DNA of 64,000 nt, from contig OZ219753.1 in NCBI GenBank assembly GCA_964291315.2, forward strand, positions 2,528,001-2,592,000. Direction: 5' to 3'. The stretch comes from Candidatus Poribacteria bacterium. Its GTDB lineage: Bacteria > Poribacteria > WGA-4E > WGA-3G. A program made the translations under genes and the position numbers. The notes beneath the pieces were generated by a model, which was given only the letters and a program-made list of their open reading frames with translations, made no database searches and was not told the origin of the DNA. The first letter of the stretch is position 1; each line of letters opens with the position of its first letter. Positions 44,601-54,570 of the stretch are shown piece by piece.

Positions 44601-47535
44601 TAAACTATGCAGGCTCATCACCTCATTTCCGCGCGGGTCGATGACTTTGACTGCGACCTGTTTATGCGGTCCGGGACGGAACGGAAACGACGTTGTACCA
44701 CTGAACCGCTCAAACTGCTCTTCATCAATAACGCCTTTCAAGGCACGGGCGATCTTCTGCCACGCCGTCTTGTCCGGGAAGAAGGCTTGTGTGATGCAGA
44801 ACGTGCGTCCATCGTAGTCGGTATCCACAAACCACGCCGCCACCTTATTCGCACCCGCAGAACGCACGGTGTTGTCTGACGGGTCGTAGATGTCCACGCC
44901 CTCCATCTCGACAATATATTCCTCTTCGCCGGCTTCCTCAAGGGTTGTGCGGGGCATTCCGAAGACGGTAAAGAGCTGGGTTGAGGGTGTCTCCTTGAGG
45001 AGTCCGCCCATTGCGACGTCGGGGTTGATGTGTGCCATATGGATACGGACCCTGGGGTTCGGATCGTCTTGGATAACTGCTTGTGCCGCGCCGTCAAAAC
45101 TGAACCCTGCGAAGACAAGTTCATCATAGCCGCGGCGGGAGGCGATGGGTAGACACGCCTCGACTTGCATTGCGGTGATGGGGCCGTGCTGTGGTCCAAA
45201 TGCGACGGCGACGGAGGATTCGGTATCGCAGTGTTTCCAAGTGCCTTCTGCGTGGAGGATATCGGCTTCGATGGGGTCGAGGGTGTCGAATGTCAATGTG
45301 TTGTTATTAGGGAATCGGATGCCGTCGTGTCGGAGGTGATGTATCATCTGTTCGAGGTATGCCTCGGCATTGACTGCTTGGTGCGTGTCGGTCTCGGCAT
45401 CAAAAGTGGTTTTGACTTCTTCGGGTTGTGCTGTGCTGGACGAATCAAGGTCGAGTGACTCTTCTGCGGGTTGCACTGCCTCTACGGTGAAGGGACCGGT
45501 GACGCGCACTCGTTTTCTGTTGATGTGTGGCTGATCGACGAGTTCTTCGGTTTCAGATGCTGCGGTGATGCATGCGTTGATGTCGTGCATCTTTGCTTGC
45601 CATGCTTTGCGATAGTCTATGAGAGCGTGTTGTAGTGTTTTTGGCCAGTCGGGGTCTGTATCGAAGGGTACTTGCCAGTCGTGCCAGTGTGTATCTGGTA
45701 GCTGCCAGCGCCTTTTGTCTGCATCCGTGATGGCAGTTTTGCCGTGTTTTTTCTGCTTATGCTTGAGTTTTGCGAGGAGTTTTATGCGAAGCGGGGGGGG
45801 TAATCTGTGATAAGTTGTTGTTCAGAGCATCCAACTTCTCTTTCAATATCGGCTCATGTTTCTCAAAAATCGGATCCAGGGCAGTGTTTTGGGCGATACT
45901 TTTGAGGGTGATATGCGGAGCTTGTTTATTGACGAAGCCACCCGCGATGCCTTTTGACTCATCCTTGAGCTTATAGTAATCAAAGGCTCCTGTCAATAAG
46001 CGTTGTCGGGCTAAGGCGACAGCCACGCGGCTGGTATCAATGGTTATCCAGCGTCTGCCCCACTGTTCAGCAACATAGGCGGTGCTGCCGCTTCCACAAG
46101 TTGGATCGAGGACAAGATCTCCAGGATCTGTGGTCATGAGAAGGCAGCGTTCAATGACTTTTGTTGAGGTTTGAACAACATAGGCTTTATTTTGCTCTGA
46201 CATTTGATTATCCCATAGGTTTGCTATTAAAGCGTAGGGAAAATCACCGTGAAAATATTTATAGCGGACAGAGTTTCCTTGACTAATTATGCGGTCTGCT
46301 GCTGCCAAACGGCTTAGCCCATCTTGCGAACATCGCCAGCCGCGAGAACGGGAAGCAGCAGGTAAATATTCTCTATTACGGAACATAAAAGGCATCCTAG
46401 ATGTATCACTGCCACTAGTTGAATACAAACTATTGCTTGAAAAGAATTTAGCATTTCCTTTATTTAATTTCTTCGCATCGGAAGCATTAACGATTTCGCC
46501 ATCAATATCTGCTAAGTTAAATCGTACCGAGTCTGCCTTTTTCTCCTCGTAAAGACGATGAAATTTTAGTAAAGAAATATCTTTACTATACCAAAGAATA
46601 TAATCGTTCAATATAGATAGGTTTTTCCTTGTAGAAGTACTACGGGTTTTAAAAACAATCTCTCCAACAAAATTCTCACTCCCAAACACTTCATCCATGA
46701 CACATCGGACGCGATGGACGTTCTCGTCCCCGATCTGCACAAAAATACTGCCGCTATCGGTCAACAACTCCTTCGCAACAATCAACCGATCTCGCAGATA
46801 CGCAAGATATGAGTGGATACCCAAACGCCACGTATCCCGATACGCCTTGATCTGCTCACGCTCACGCGTCAAGTCCTGGGGCCGATCTCTTACATCCCGC
46901 TGAAAAGTGCTCGGTTGAAAATTAGACGCAAACTTGATGCCATACGGCGGGTCTATGTAGATCATCTGCACCTTGCCACCGAGATTTTCACGTTGTGCAA
47001 GGGAACTCATCACCGTGAGACTATCCCCAAGGATCAGGCGATTCGCCCAATCCACATCGTGCTGGTAAAAGTCAACGGCTGTGCTATAATCCTGCTGCGG
47101 ATCAGCGAAGAGTTCACGTTGGACGTTTTGGCGCTTTGCGGTTTTCAAGATTGCTTTGCTGCTGATGCGTTCGTGGATGTGGAGGGCCACGGGGTCGACG
47201 CTGAAGGCTGCTGTCTCCTGTTTGCCTGCCCATTCAAGCCAGGGGGCGTGGTGTCGGAGTGCCTCGGCGAGCGTCTTCGCCTCCTCTACGGAGAGCGGTC
47301 GCTGCTGTGCGGTGTGGAGGAGTTCGGGGAGTTTGTCTGCGTCTGCGTCTAGGTCGGATCGGAGGCGGGGTGGCAGGTGTGGGTTGTATGCGTATTGCCG
47401 TTTCGGGGGTTCTTGGATCTTCCCTTGTGCGGCGATGCCTGCGGGCGGGTTATTTTTTCGGGTAGCAGTACTGTGTCGGTAGTCGCGGACCTCTTTTGGC
47501 TTAGTGGTGCGTTTTGTGCGTTTTCTTCTTGACAT
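44568..47535 (-). pseudogene. Type III Mod-like N6-adenine DNA methyltransferase, frameshifted in a C8 tract (phase-variable or pseudogene); no res gene adjacent
   Basis: NRLILGDSL, YIDPPY, YVVQT..KVIERC, DPTCGSG.T; C7 instead of C8 at 45793-45800 joins both ORFs via WQVPFDTDPDWP...YRKAWQAKMHDINACI (988 aa). Confidence 0.88.
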
Positions 47536-47611
47536 TCTGGGACCTCTCTATGGAAATTGCTCGTTTTTTAGTTGATACAAGATGCCCATCCGTGGTATAT
47601 TGTATACGTAT

Positions 47612-47780
47612 GAACGTGAGTTTGATAAACAGCTCACTGTTATCTTTATCTAAAGAGAGCCCCTTGGTATATTCGGTATATCAGGTTATTATATCTTTAC
47701 CGAAAGGAGCCCTCCCTCATATATTGTATCACTTCTCCGCAAAATAGACGACTTTTTTCTTGCGTTCGGGAAAAAGCAAA
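47612..47780 (+). mobile_element. IS982-type left-end remnant (IR + leader + degenerate transposase start)
   Basis: aacgtgagtttgataaa IR; aaaggag RBS; frame IVSLLRKIDDFFLAFGK resembles an IS982 transposase N-terminus. Confidence 0.7.
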
Positions 47781-47872
47781 CCTATAAATTTCTTGTAGTT
47801 TCGATGCACGATGCAGCTTGCATCCCGTATTGCGGAAACAATTGGAGCTGCAAGAAGGAGCCAAAAGCCGTC

Positions 47873-49945
47873 ATGAGAATGAATTGGGAATTGCTGACAG
47901 AAATTAAGTGCCCAAAAGATGGTGCTCCGGAAGTGGATCACCGACAATTTGATCTCGTATCAGACTACACGCCGCAAGGCGACCAACCCCAAGCGATTGA
48001 AAAGTTGACAAAGGGTCTCCTACGAGGAGACAGGACACAGACGCTGCTGGGTGTAACTGGTTCCGGCAAAACTTACACGATGGCGAATGTTATCCAGAAC
48101 GTGCAGGTGCCCACGCTTGTCATTTCACCGAATAAGACACTTTCCGCACAACTCTACAACGAATTTCGAACATTTTTCCCAAACAACGCTGTCCATTACT
48201 TCGTCAGCGACTATGAATACTATCAACCAGAGGCGTATCTCCCGGTTACCGATACTTTCATTGAGAAGGATGTTCGTATTAACGAGGAGATTACACGGAT
48301 GCGGCTTGCCGCAACAGCGTCCCTGATATCTCGTCGTGATGTTATTGTTGTTGCAAGCGTTTCCTGTCTCTACGGACTCGGTTCCCCAACTGAATTTAAA
48401 AAGCAGAGAGTTCATATAGCCGTAGGTGAGGTTATTCGTCGCGACAAACTCCTACGTGCTCTCATCGATATTCAATATGTTCGTAACGATGTTGAGTTCT
48501 GGCAGGGCATCTTCCGAGCACGAGGGGATGTTGTTGAAGTGTTTCCAGCTTATAGCGAAAATGCTTATCGTATTGAACTCTTCGGGGATGAGATTGATCG
48601 GATTAGCGAAATTGATACCACAACCGGTGAAGTATTAGCACACCGCGACTTCCTTGAAATCTATCCTGCTAAACACTTCATGACCGATGCTGAAATCTTC
48701 GGCGAGGCATTAATTAATATTGAACTTGAACTCCAAGACCGGATTCTTTTTTTTGAGAAACAGAACAAGCTGTTAGAAGCGCAGCGCGTTGAACAGCGAA
48801 CCCGTTTTGATCTAGAAATGTTGCGGGAAGTAGGCTACTGTTCTGGTATTGAGAACTACTCGCGACATCTCTCAGGACTCCAACCGGGTGATCCGCCTTA
48901 CTGTCTCATGCATTACTTCCCTGATAATTTTTTGCTTTTTATTGATGAATCTCATGTAACCATTCCACAACTACGCGGTATGTATCGTGGCGACCGATCG
49001 CGGAAAGAGACCTTGGTCGAGTACGGTTTCCGTTTGCCTTCGGCGTTAGATAACCGTCCGCTCCGTTTCGACGAGGTTGAAGCACGCGTCAACCAGGTTG
49101 TCTTTGTCTCGGCGACCCCGGGGCCCTATGAGATGGAAAACAGTTCTCAAACTGTTGAGCAAATCATTCGTCCTACGGGCCTGGTGGATCCGAAGATTAC
49201 TATCCACCCAGTGAGTGGACAGGTCGACGACCTCATAGGTAGGATTAAGAGGCGCGTCAAGAGCAAACAACGTGTACTCGTTACAACCCTCACTAAACGG
49301 ATGGCAGAAGACTTGACCGAGTATTTAACCGAAGCAGGTATCCGTGCTGACTATATGCACTCTGAGATTGATGTGTTCGATCGCGCCCGCATTCTACGTC
49401 AATTACGAGAGGGAGTTTTCGACGTTCTCGTTGGCATTAACTTGCTTCGAGAAGGCCTCGACCTGCCAGAGGTCTCTCTTGTGGCAATCTTAGATGCCGA
49501 TCGACCCGGCTTCCTCCGTTCTGTCAGGTCTCTCGTTCAAACGGCTGGACGTGCTGCACGAAACGTTGACGGTGAAGTAATCCTATACGGAAATGATGTC
49601 ACGGAGGCAATGGCAGAGGCGATACAAGAGACGCAACGGCGACGGGACATTCAGCTGCAGTACAACCTTGATAACAACATCACACCAGCCACTATTGAAA
49701 AAGCCATTCAAGAACTTATTACCGAGGCTGGGGATGAGTATCAAACAAAGGCAGCTGACAAACCAGCCTTTGCTGTAGCAGACATTGATCCTCAAGATGT
49801 TGAAACAATGATCAAGGACCTAACGCGACAGATGCGGAAGGCTGCCCTTGATCTCGATTACGAAGAAGCTGCTGCCTTACGTGACCGTATTGCTGAACTC
49901 AAGGAACAGTCAGCGGAACAGGAGCGTGTCACCGACAACAGCTAA
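47873..49945 (+). CDS. uvrB: Excinuclease ABC subunit B
   Basis: GDQPQAI, LGVTGSGKT, YYQPEAY, DESH, FRLPSALDNRPL, GRAARN, C-terminal UVR domain; start chosen from the aaggag RBS. Confidence 0.98.
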   Translation: MRMNWELLTEIKCPKDGAPEVDHRQFDLVSDYTPQGDQPQAIEKLTKGLLRGDRTQTLLGVTGSGKTYTMANVIQNVQVPTLVISPNKTLSAQLYNEFRTFFPNNAVHYFVSDYEYYQPEAYLPVTDTFIEKDVRINEEITRMRLAATASLISRRDVIVVASVSCLYGLGSPTEFKKQRVHIAVGEVIRRDKLLRALIDIQYVRNDVEFWQGIFRARGDVVEVFPAYSENAYRIELFGDEIDRISEIDTTTGEVLAHRDFLEIYPAKHFMTDAEIFGEALINIELELQDRILFFEKQNKLLEAQRVEQRTRFDLEMLREVGYCSGIENYSRHLSGLQPGDPPYCLMHYFPDNFLLFIDESHVTIPQLRGMYRGDRSRKETLVEYGFRLPSALDNRPLRFDEVEARVNQVVFVSATPGPYEMENSSQTVEQIIRPTGLVDPKITIHPVSGQVDDLIGRIKRRVKSKQRVLVTTLTKRMAEDLTEYLTEAGIRADYMHSEIDVFDRARILRQLREGVFDVLVGINLLREGLDLPEVSLVAILDADRPGFLRSVRSLVQTAGRAARNVDGEVILYGNDVTEAMAEAIQETQRRRDIQLQYNLDNNITPATIEKAIQELITEAGDEYQTKAADKPAFAVADIDPQDVETMIKDLTRQMRKAALDLDYEEAAALRDRIAELKEQSAEQERVTDNS

Positions 49946-50025
49946 GGCTGTGTGTATCTTATCATCTTTTAGAGAACTGACTCGATATAAGTCCGGCAAA
50001 CGTGCTCCTTATTAAGTCTACATAG

Positions 50026-50162
50026 TTCCTGTTGATACCGGATTCCTATGGGGATACCGCCGCCCCGACGACGGCACGAGAGAACCGGGGATGACTAAAC
50101 CTAGGGGTTTGCAAGTGTTGAGAAGTCCGCTTCAATCACTCTATCCGGGGCTTTATGGGAAC
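50026..50162. ncRNA. Candidate structured ncRNA (long imperfect rod; 6S-like possibility)
   Basis: Terminal pairing gttcctgt..ccggat with atccgg..atgggaac; GC-rich island in an AT-rich spacer; family not identified. Confidence 0.3.
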
Positions 50163-50333
50163 ATTAATCGGATATTGGGGTTTTAGACCTTGTATTCTAA
50201 AACCTAATCTGCTAATATTGTAGTAATAGATTTATAATTCAAACTCACAATTTTGTTCTTCAACGGCTTGATAATGTTGCAATTCGGTAACAAAGGTATC
50301 AATTTTCTTGGAGGACAGAGAAAGGATTTTGCA

Positions 50334-50591
50334 ATGTTTGTTTGTGTAGCTTGTGGTTATTTATGGAAGGAAGCAGATAGCCCACCGGACGAGTGTCCGG
50401 CTTGCACTGCACCGAAAGAGAAATATATCCCTTATGATGCCCGAGCAGAACGATGGGTTAAACGTGCAGTAGCGGCACATGTTATGTACCCAGACGCAGA
50501 AGGCGCAGACCTTCGGGCTGAGAATTCTGCGCTCTCATCACATATTAGATTCGCCCTGGTGGGGTTGCTTGGGGACATGCAGCAAAAGTAA
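50334..50591 (+). CDS. Small rubredoxin-like protein
   Basis: CVACGY...PPDECPACTAPKEKY; aagga RBS before ATG 50334. Confidence 0.8.
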   Translation: MFVCVACGYLWKEADSPPDECPACTAPKEKYIPYDARAERWVKRAVAAHVMYPDAEGADLRAENSALSSHIRFALVGLLGDMQQK

Positions 50592-50602
50592 GATGTAGAG
50601 GG

Positions 50603-50626
50603 AGCCTCGATTCTCAAATCGAGGCT
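50603..50626 (+). terminator. Hairpin after the rubredoxin-like gene
   Basis: agcctcgatt-ctca-aatcgaggct followed by tcttt. Confidence 0.55.
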
Positions 50627-50672
50627 TCTTTCCGATTTTGGTAGATACATGGAATTTTAAAGGAACAGATAG

Positions 50673-52187
50673 ATGAAACAGATACGTTACCTGCTAATTC
50701 TATTCTTGGTTATTTTGCACGGAATAGTATCAGCGCAAGACCTGGCAGACCGGGTGGTAGAGCACACTTTTCCTAACGGCTTGAAGTTGTTAATGATAGA
50801 GCGCCACACCTCACCGACTATTGCCCCGTACATCCTCTTTAGAGCGGGGTCCGTTGATGAATCAAACGATACACGAGGCATCGCACACATGCTAGAGCAC
50901 ATGTTGTTCAAAGGCACTCAAACAATCGGTACAAGAGACTATGAGAAAGAAAAAGAGGTGCTTTCCGAAATTGATCGGATAGGCAATGCCCTCGACATAG
51001 AACGAACAAAAGGCGCAAGAAGCGATGATGCCAAAATTGCCGAATTGGAAAAAGCACTCAAAGTGCAACAGGAACGCGCGAAGGAGTGGATTGTTAGCGG
51101 GGAATACAGTGAGATTTATACGCAACACGGTAGCACAGGATTCAATGCCGGCACTTCTGTTGACTATACCATTTACACGGTCGAATTGCCGTCTAACAAG
51201 TTAGAGTTGTGGGCGATCCTTGAGTCTGATCGGCTTAAAAACGCAGTCCTCCGGGAATTTTATGTGGAGCGTGAAGCTGTCAAGGAGGAACGTCGGATGC
51301 GTGTGGACACCCAACCGGAGGGTAAGCTTTATGAGCAGTTTATCGCAACTGCTTTCACCGCCCATCCATACGGTATGCCGATCATCGGTTGGCCCTCGGA
51401 TATCGCTATGCTAAATCGTCGCAAAGCTGAGGAATTTTTCCGTGTCCACTATGCACCAAACAATTCCATCATTGTTATTGTAGGCAGCATTAATCCGAGC
51501 GAAACCATTGAGCTTATTGAAAAATACTTCGGTGATATACCCGCACAACCACTCCCACCTGAAGTCACGACTGCTGAGCCACCTCAAGAAGGAGAACGTC
51601 GTATAGAGGTCGAATTTGACGCAGAACCGCGACTCATGATCGGGTATCATAAACCGACAATCCCACATTTTGACGATTATGTATTCGATATGATTAGCGC
51701 GATTCTTTCTGATGGGCGTACTTCTCGGTTTTACAAAAACATTGTCGAGGAGGGGATAGCTGTCTCCGCTAACTCGGTTAACGGATATCCGGGCGGACGC
51801 TATGACAACCTTTTTGTTCTTAACGCGACACCGCGGGCACCACACACAGTCTCCGATGTTGAAGAAGCTATTTATGCTGAACTCGAAAAACTCAAAACCG
51901 AACCAGTTGCCCAAAAAGAATTTAAACGGATTCTCAAACAGATTGAAGCGAGTTTCATCCGGGGATTGAGTTCAAACGCTGGGATGGCGCGGCAATTAAC
52001 CTTCTATGAAGGACTTGCGGGCGATTGGCGTTATATCCTCGATTGGCGGGAAACTATGTATGAGATCATGCCTGAAGATATCATGAAGGTCGCAAACGCC
52101 TATTTTACAAAAAGCAACCGCACTGTCGCCACACTCGTTAAAAAAGAGGCAGTGCCCGCGGAAAGTAACGCGGAGGGTAAGGAATAA
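50673..52187 (+). CDS. M16 (pitrilysin-family) zinc peptidase, catalytic subunit
   Basis: GIAHMLEHMLFKGT (HxxEH), NAGTS.D, EERRMR, HPY..P.IGW; signal peptide. Confidence 0.93.
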   Translation: MKQIRYLLILFLVILHGIVSAQDLADRVVEHTFPNGLKLLMIERHTSPTIAPYILFRAGSVDESNDTRGIAHMLEHMLFKGTQTIGTRDYEKEKEVLSEIDRIGNALDIERTKGARSDDAKIAELEKALKVQQERAKEWIVSGEYSEIYTQHGSTGFNAGTSVDYTIYTVELPSNKLELWAILESDRLKNAVLREFYVEREAVKEERRMRVDTQPEGKLYEQFIATAFTAHPYGMPIIGWPSDIAMLNRRKAEEFFRVHYAPNNSIIVIVGSINPSETIELIEKYFGDIPAQPLPPEVTTAEPPQEGERRIEVEFDAEPRLMIGYHKPTIPHFDDYVFDMISAILSDGRTSRFYKNIVEEGIAVSANSVNGYPGGRYDNLFVLNATPRAPHTVSDVEEAIYAELEKLKTEPVAQKEFKRILKQIEASFIRGLSSNAGMARQLTFYEGLAGDWRYILDWRETMYEIMPEDIMKVANAYFTKSNRTVATLVKKEAVPAESNAEGKE

Positions 52188-54334
52188 TGAAAAAACCGAC
52201 TTCTATAGGGCTTCTCATTGTCACACTGATTGCTTGTTTTGTTGTGTGGGGAGATCCCGCTACATTCGCAAAACCACATGAAGAGCTCATCTACGAACCG
52301 ATTGAATTTAAGCCGCCTGTTCCACAAAAACGGACGCTCTCCAACGGCATGACGCTCTATCTTATAGAAGATCACGAGTTGCCCCTTTTCAATATTAACG
52401 GTTTAATTAAAACCGGCGACATTTATGATCCAGCGGACAAGGTGGGCTTGGCATCTATATTTGCAAGCGTCATGCGGACAGGCGGGACGGTATCCCGCGA
52501 ACCGGACGCGCTGAACGAGGAATTGGAGTCTATGGCGGCTTCTGTTGAGGTCGGGATGTCCCGCGAGTACGGCACAATTAATCTCTCAACGCTCACAGAA
52601 GACATCGAAAAAGGCTTAGAAATCTTTGCCGATGTACTCAGAAATCCTGCGTTTCGTGAAGACAAATTGGAACTCAGAAAACAACAGTCAATTGAGCGCA
52701 TCCGCCGCCGCAACGATAATCCTATCCAGCTTGCATTGCGTAACTTCTCTGCTCTGCTCTACGGAACGGATCACCCGTTCGGATGGTATACCAAAACCGA
52801 GGGCATAAATAGTATCACTGTTGATGACCTTAGAGCGTTTCATGCTAAGTACTATCACCCCAACAATATGATGCTTGCAATTACCGGTGATTTTGATACG
52901 GACACTCTGATTACACAACTAGAAAGAGTTTTTGACGGATGGGAAACGACTGAGATCACATTCTCTGATGTTCCGACAGTGGATGCTACCGCCAAACCGT
53001 CTGTCAATTATATCTTTAAAGATCTGCCGCAAACAACGATATTAATCGGGCATTTCGGTATCAAACGCACACCGGATTTTCCCGACTTCTTCGCGCTCCG
53101 CGTCATGAATGAAATTCTGGGTGAAGGCGGATTTACTTCCCGTCTGATGACGGAAGTACGGGAGAAACATGGACTTGCTTATATGGTCGGGAGTCGTATG
53201 CGCACATCGTACTACACGAATCCGGGCGAATGGTTCGCTTATTCACAGACGCGTACCGAGAAAACGGCAGAAGCGATCTCGCTCATCATTGATGTCGTCA
53301 AAGAGCTTCGGGATGTGCCTGTGCCAGAGGCTGAATTGCAGCGTACCAAAGATTCGCTTATCAATTCGTTTGTTTTTGGTTTCGAAAGTAGTGCACAGAT
53401 TGCTTTCCAACAGATGATACTTGCCTATCGCGGGTATGCCCCAGATTTTCTTGAAACCTATACCGATAATATCGCTATGGTCACAGTGGACGATGTACAG
53501 GCGGTTGCACAAAAATATCTGCATCCAGACGCAATCACGATTGTTGCTGTCGGGAATAAAGCCAATTTCGATCGCCCGCTTGATGAGTTCGGAGCGGTTA
53601 ACGAAATTGAGATAGAGCAACCCAAACCGCCTCCTGCTGAACTGATGCCTGAAGTGAACGAAGCTGATGTAGCAAAAGCTCGGGAAATCCTGGCCGCTGC
53701 TGTCGAAGCACATGGGGGTCTCTCGAGATTGCAAGCGGTGAAAAATATTGTCGCGGAAGGACGTACTGCCGCAAACTCACCGATGGGGCAAATGCAAGTC
53801 GAGGGCAAATCATACTATGTTTATCCTGACAAATTCAGACAGGATGTCGACACACCGCAAGGTGAAATGAGCTATATTTTTGATGGCAGCGCCGGGTTTG
53901 CTTTGACACCAATGGGGGTTCAACCGCTGCCTCCTGATATGGCTAACTCTTTTAAAGATGCCGTTTTTCGGGAGACCTTATGGCTTTTGGTAAATCTTTC
54001 ACAAAACGAGATTTCGGTTCAGTATGCTGCTACAGAAGAGGTACAAGGTAAACCTGCGCACGTTCTCCTTGTGCCACAACCATCTGGCGATGTTCTCAGG
54101 CTCTTTGTGACAGAGGAGACACATTATGTCGTAAAACTCGCTTATCGCGAAACAGCACAAGGTGTTGTGAGGAACAGAGAATCGATCATGGATGATTATC
54201 GCGATGTTGACGGTGTTAAAGTCGCCCATCATGTTATTCAGAACGTAGAAGGTCAACTTTTCTCCGAGAGTTGGATAACAAATGTCACATTGAACGCAGA
54301 ACTTGACGATGCCCTGTTTCAGGCACCAGAGTGA
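52187..54334 (+). CDS. M16 peptidase non-catalytic subunit fused to an extra ~230-aa C-terminal domain
   Basis: No HxxEH; LSNGM, YYHPNN, ILG.GGFTSRL..EVREKHGLAY; C-terminal A.EIL...EAHGG...DYRDVDGVK...F..P domain. Confidence 0.88.
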   Translation: MKKPTSIGLLIVTLIACFVVWGDPATFAKPHEELIYEPIEFKPPVPQKRTLSNGMTLYLIEDHELPLFNINGLIKTGDIYDPADKVGLASIFASVMRTGGTVSREPDALNEELESMAASVEVGMSREYGTINLSTLTEDIEKGLEIFADVLRNPAFREDKLELRKQQSIERIRRRNDNPIQLALRNFSALLYGTDHPFGWYTKTEGINSITVDDLRAFHAKYYHPNNMMLAITGDFDTDTLITQLERVFDGWETTEITFSDVPTVDATAKPSVNYIFKDLPQTTILIGHFGIKRTPDFPDFFALRVMNEILGEGGFTSRLMTEVREKHGLAYMVGSRMRTSYYTNPGEWFAYSQTRTEKTAEAISLIIDVVKELRDVPVPEAELQRTKDSLINSFVFGFESSAQIAFQQMILAYRGYAPDFLETYTDNIAMVTVDDVQAVAQKYLHPDAITIVAVGNKANFDRPLDEFGAVNEIEIEQPKPPPAELMPEVNEADVAKAREILAAAVEAHGGLSRLQAVKNIVAEGRTAANSPMGQMQVEGKSYYVYPDKFRQDVDTPQGEMSYIFDGSAGFALTPMGVQPLPPDMANSFKDAVFRETLWLLVNLSQNEISVQYAATEEVQGKPAHVLLVPQPSGDVLRLFVTEETHYVVKLAYRETAQGVVRNRESIMDDYRDVDGVKVAHHVIQNVEGQLFSESWITNVTLNAELDDALFQAPE

Positions 54335-54441
54335 AAGCATTAGATTTACGTGTTGGCTATTTTCAGAATAGCACGTCCGCAGATGAGCCATGTCTTGAAT
54401 AGCGTATCTATCTCACAAAATATACTCTGTTTTCAGGGTCG

Positions 54442-54463
54442 GCGAGGCGTTTTTGCCTCGCCT
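54442..54463. repeat. GC-rich palindrome between convergent genes (REP-like or terminator)
   Basis: ggcgaggc-gttttt-gcctcgcc. Confidence 0.5.
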
Positions 54464-54570
54464 TTCCAAATACTCTGTATTCCTCAGACTTTGAAGGATG
54501 TCACTTGCAGACGTAGCTCAAATGTCAAAGGCGAAAAGTCCTTGCACATTTTCCAGAAGTGTGAGTCAGC

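Noticed and set aside
44568-45590. Independent 340-aa gene or a Res subunit
   Set aside because: No helicase motifs; it is the C-terminal part of the Mod-like protein beyond the frameshift.
47612-47623. GAAC-N4-GTTT LexA (Cheo-like) box upstream of uvrB
   Set aside because: It is the terminal sequence of the IS982-type remnant and lies ~250 bp from the uvrB start.
50236-50252. Additional IS982 right-end copy (ttcaaactcac)
   Set aside because: Only ~11 nt match with no flanking similarity; may be chance.
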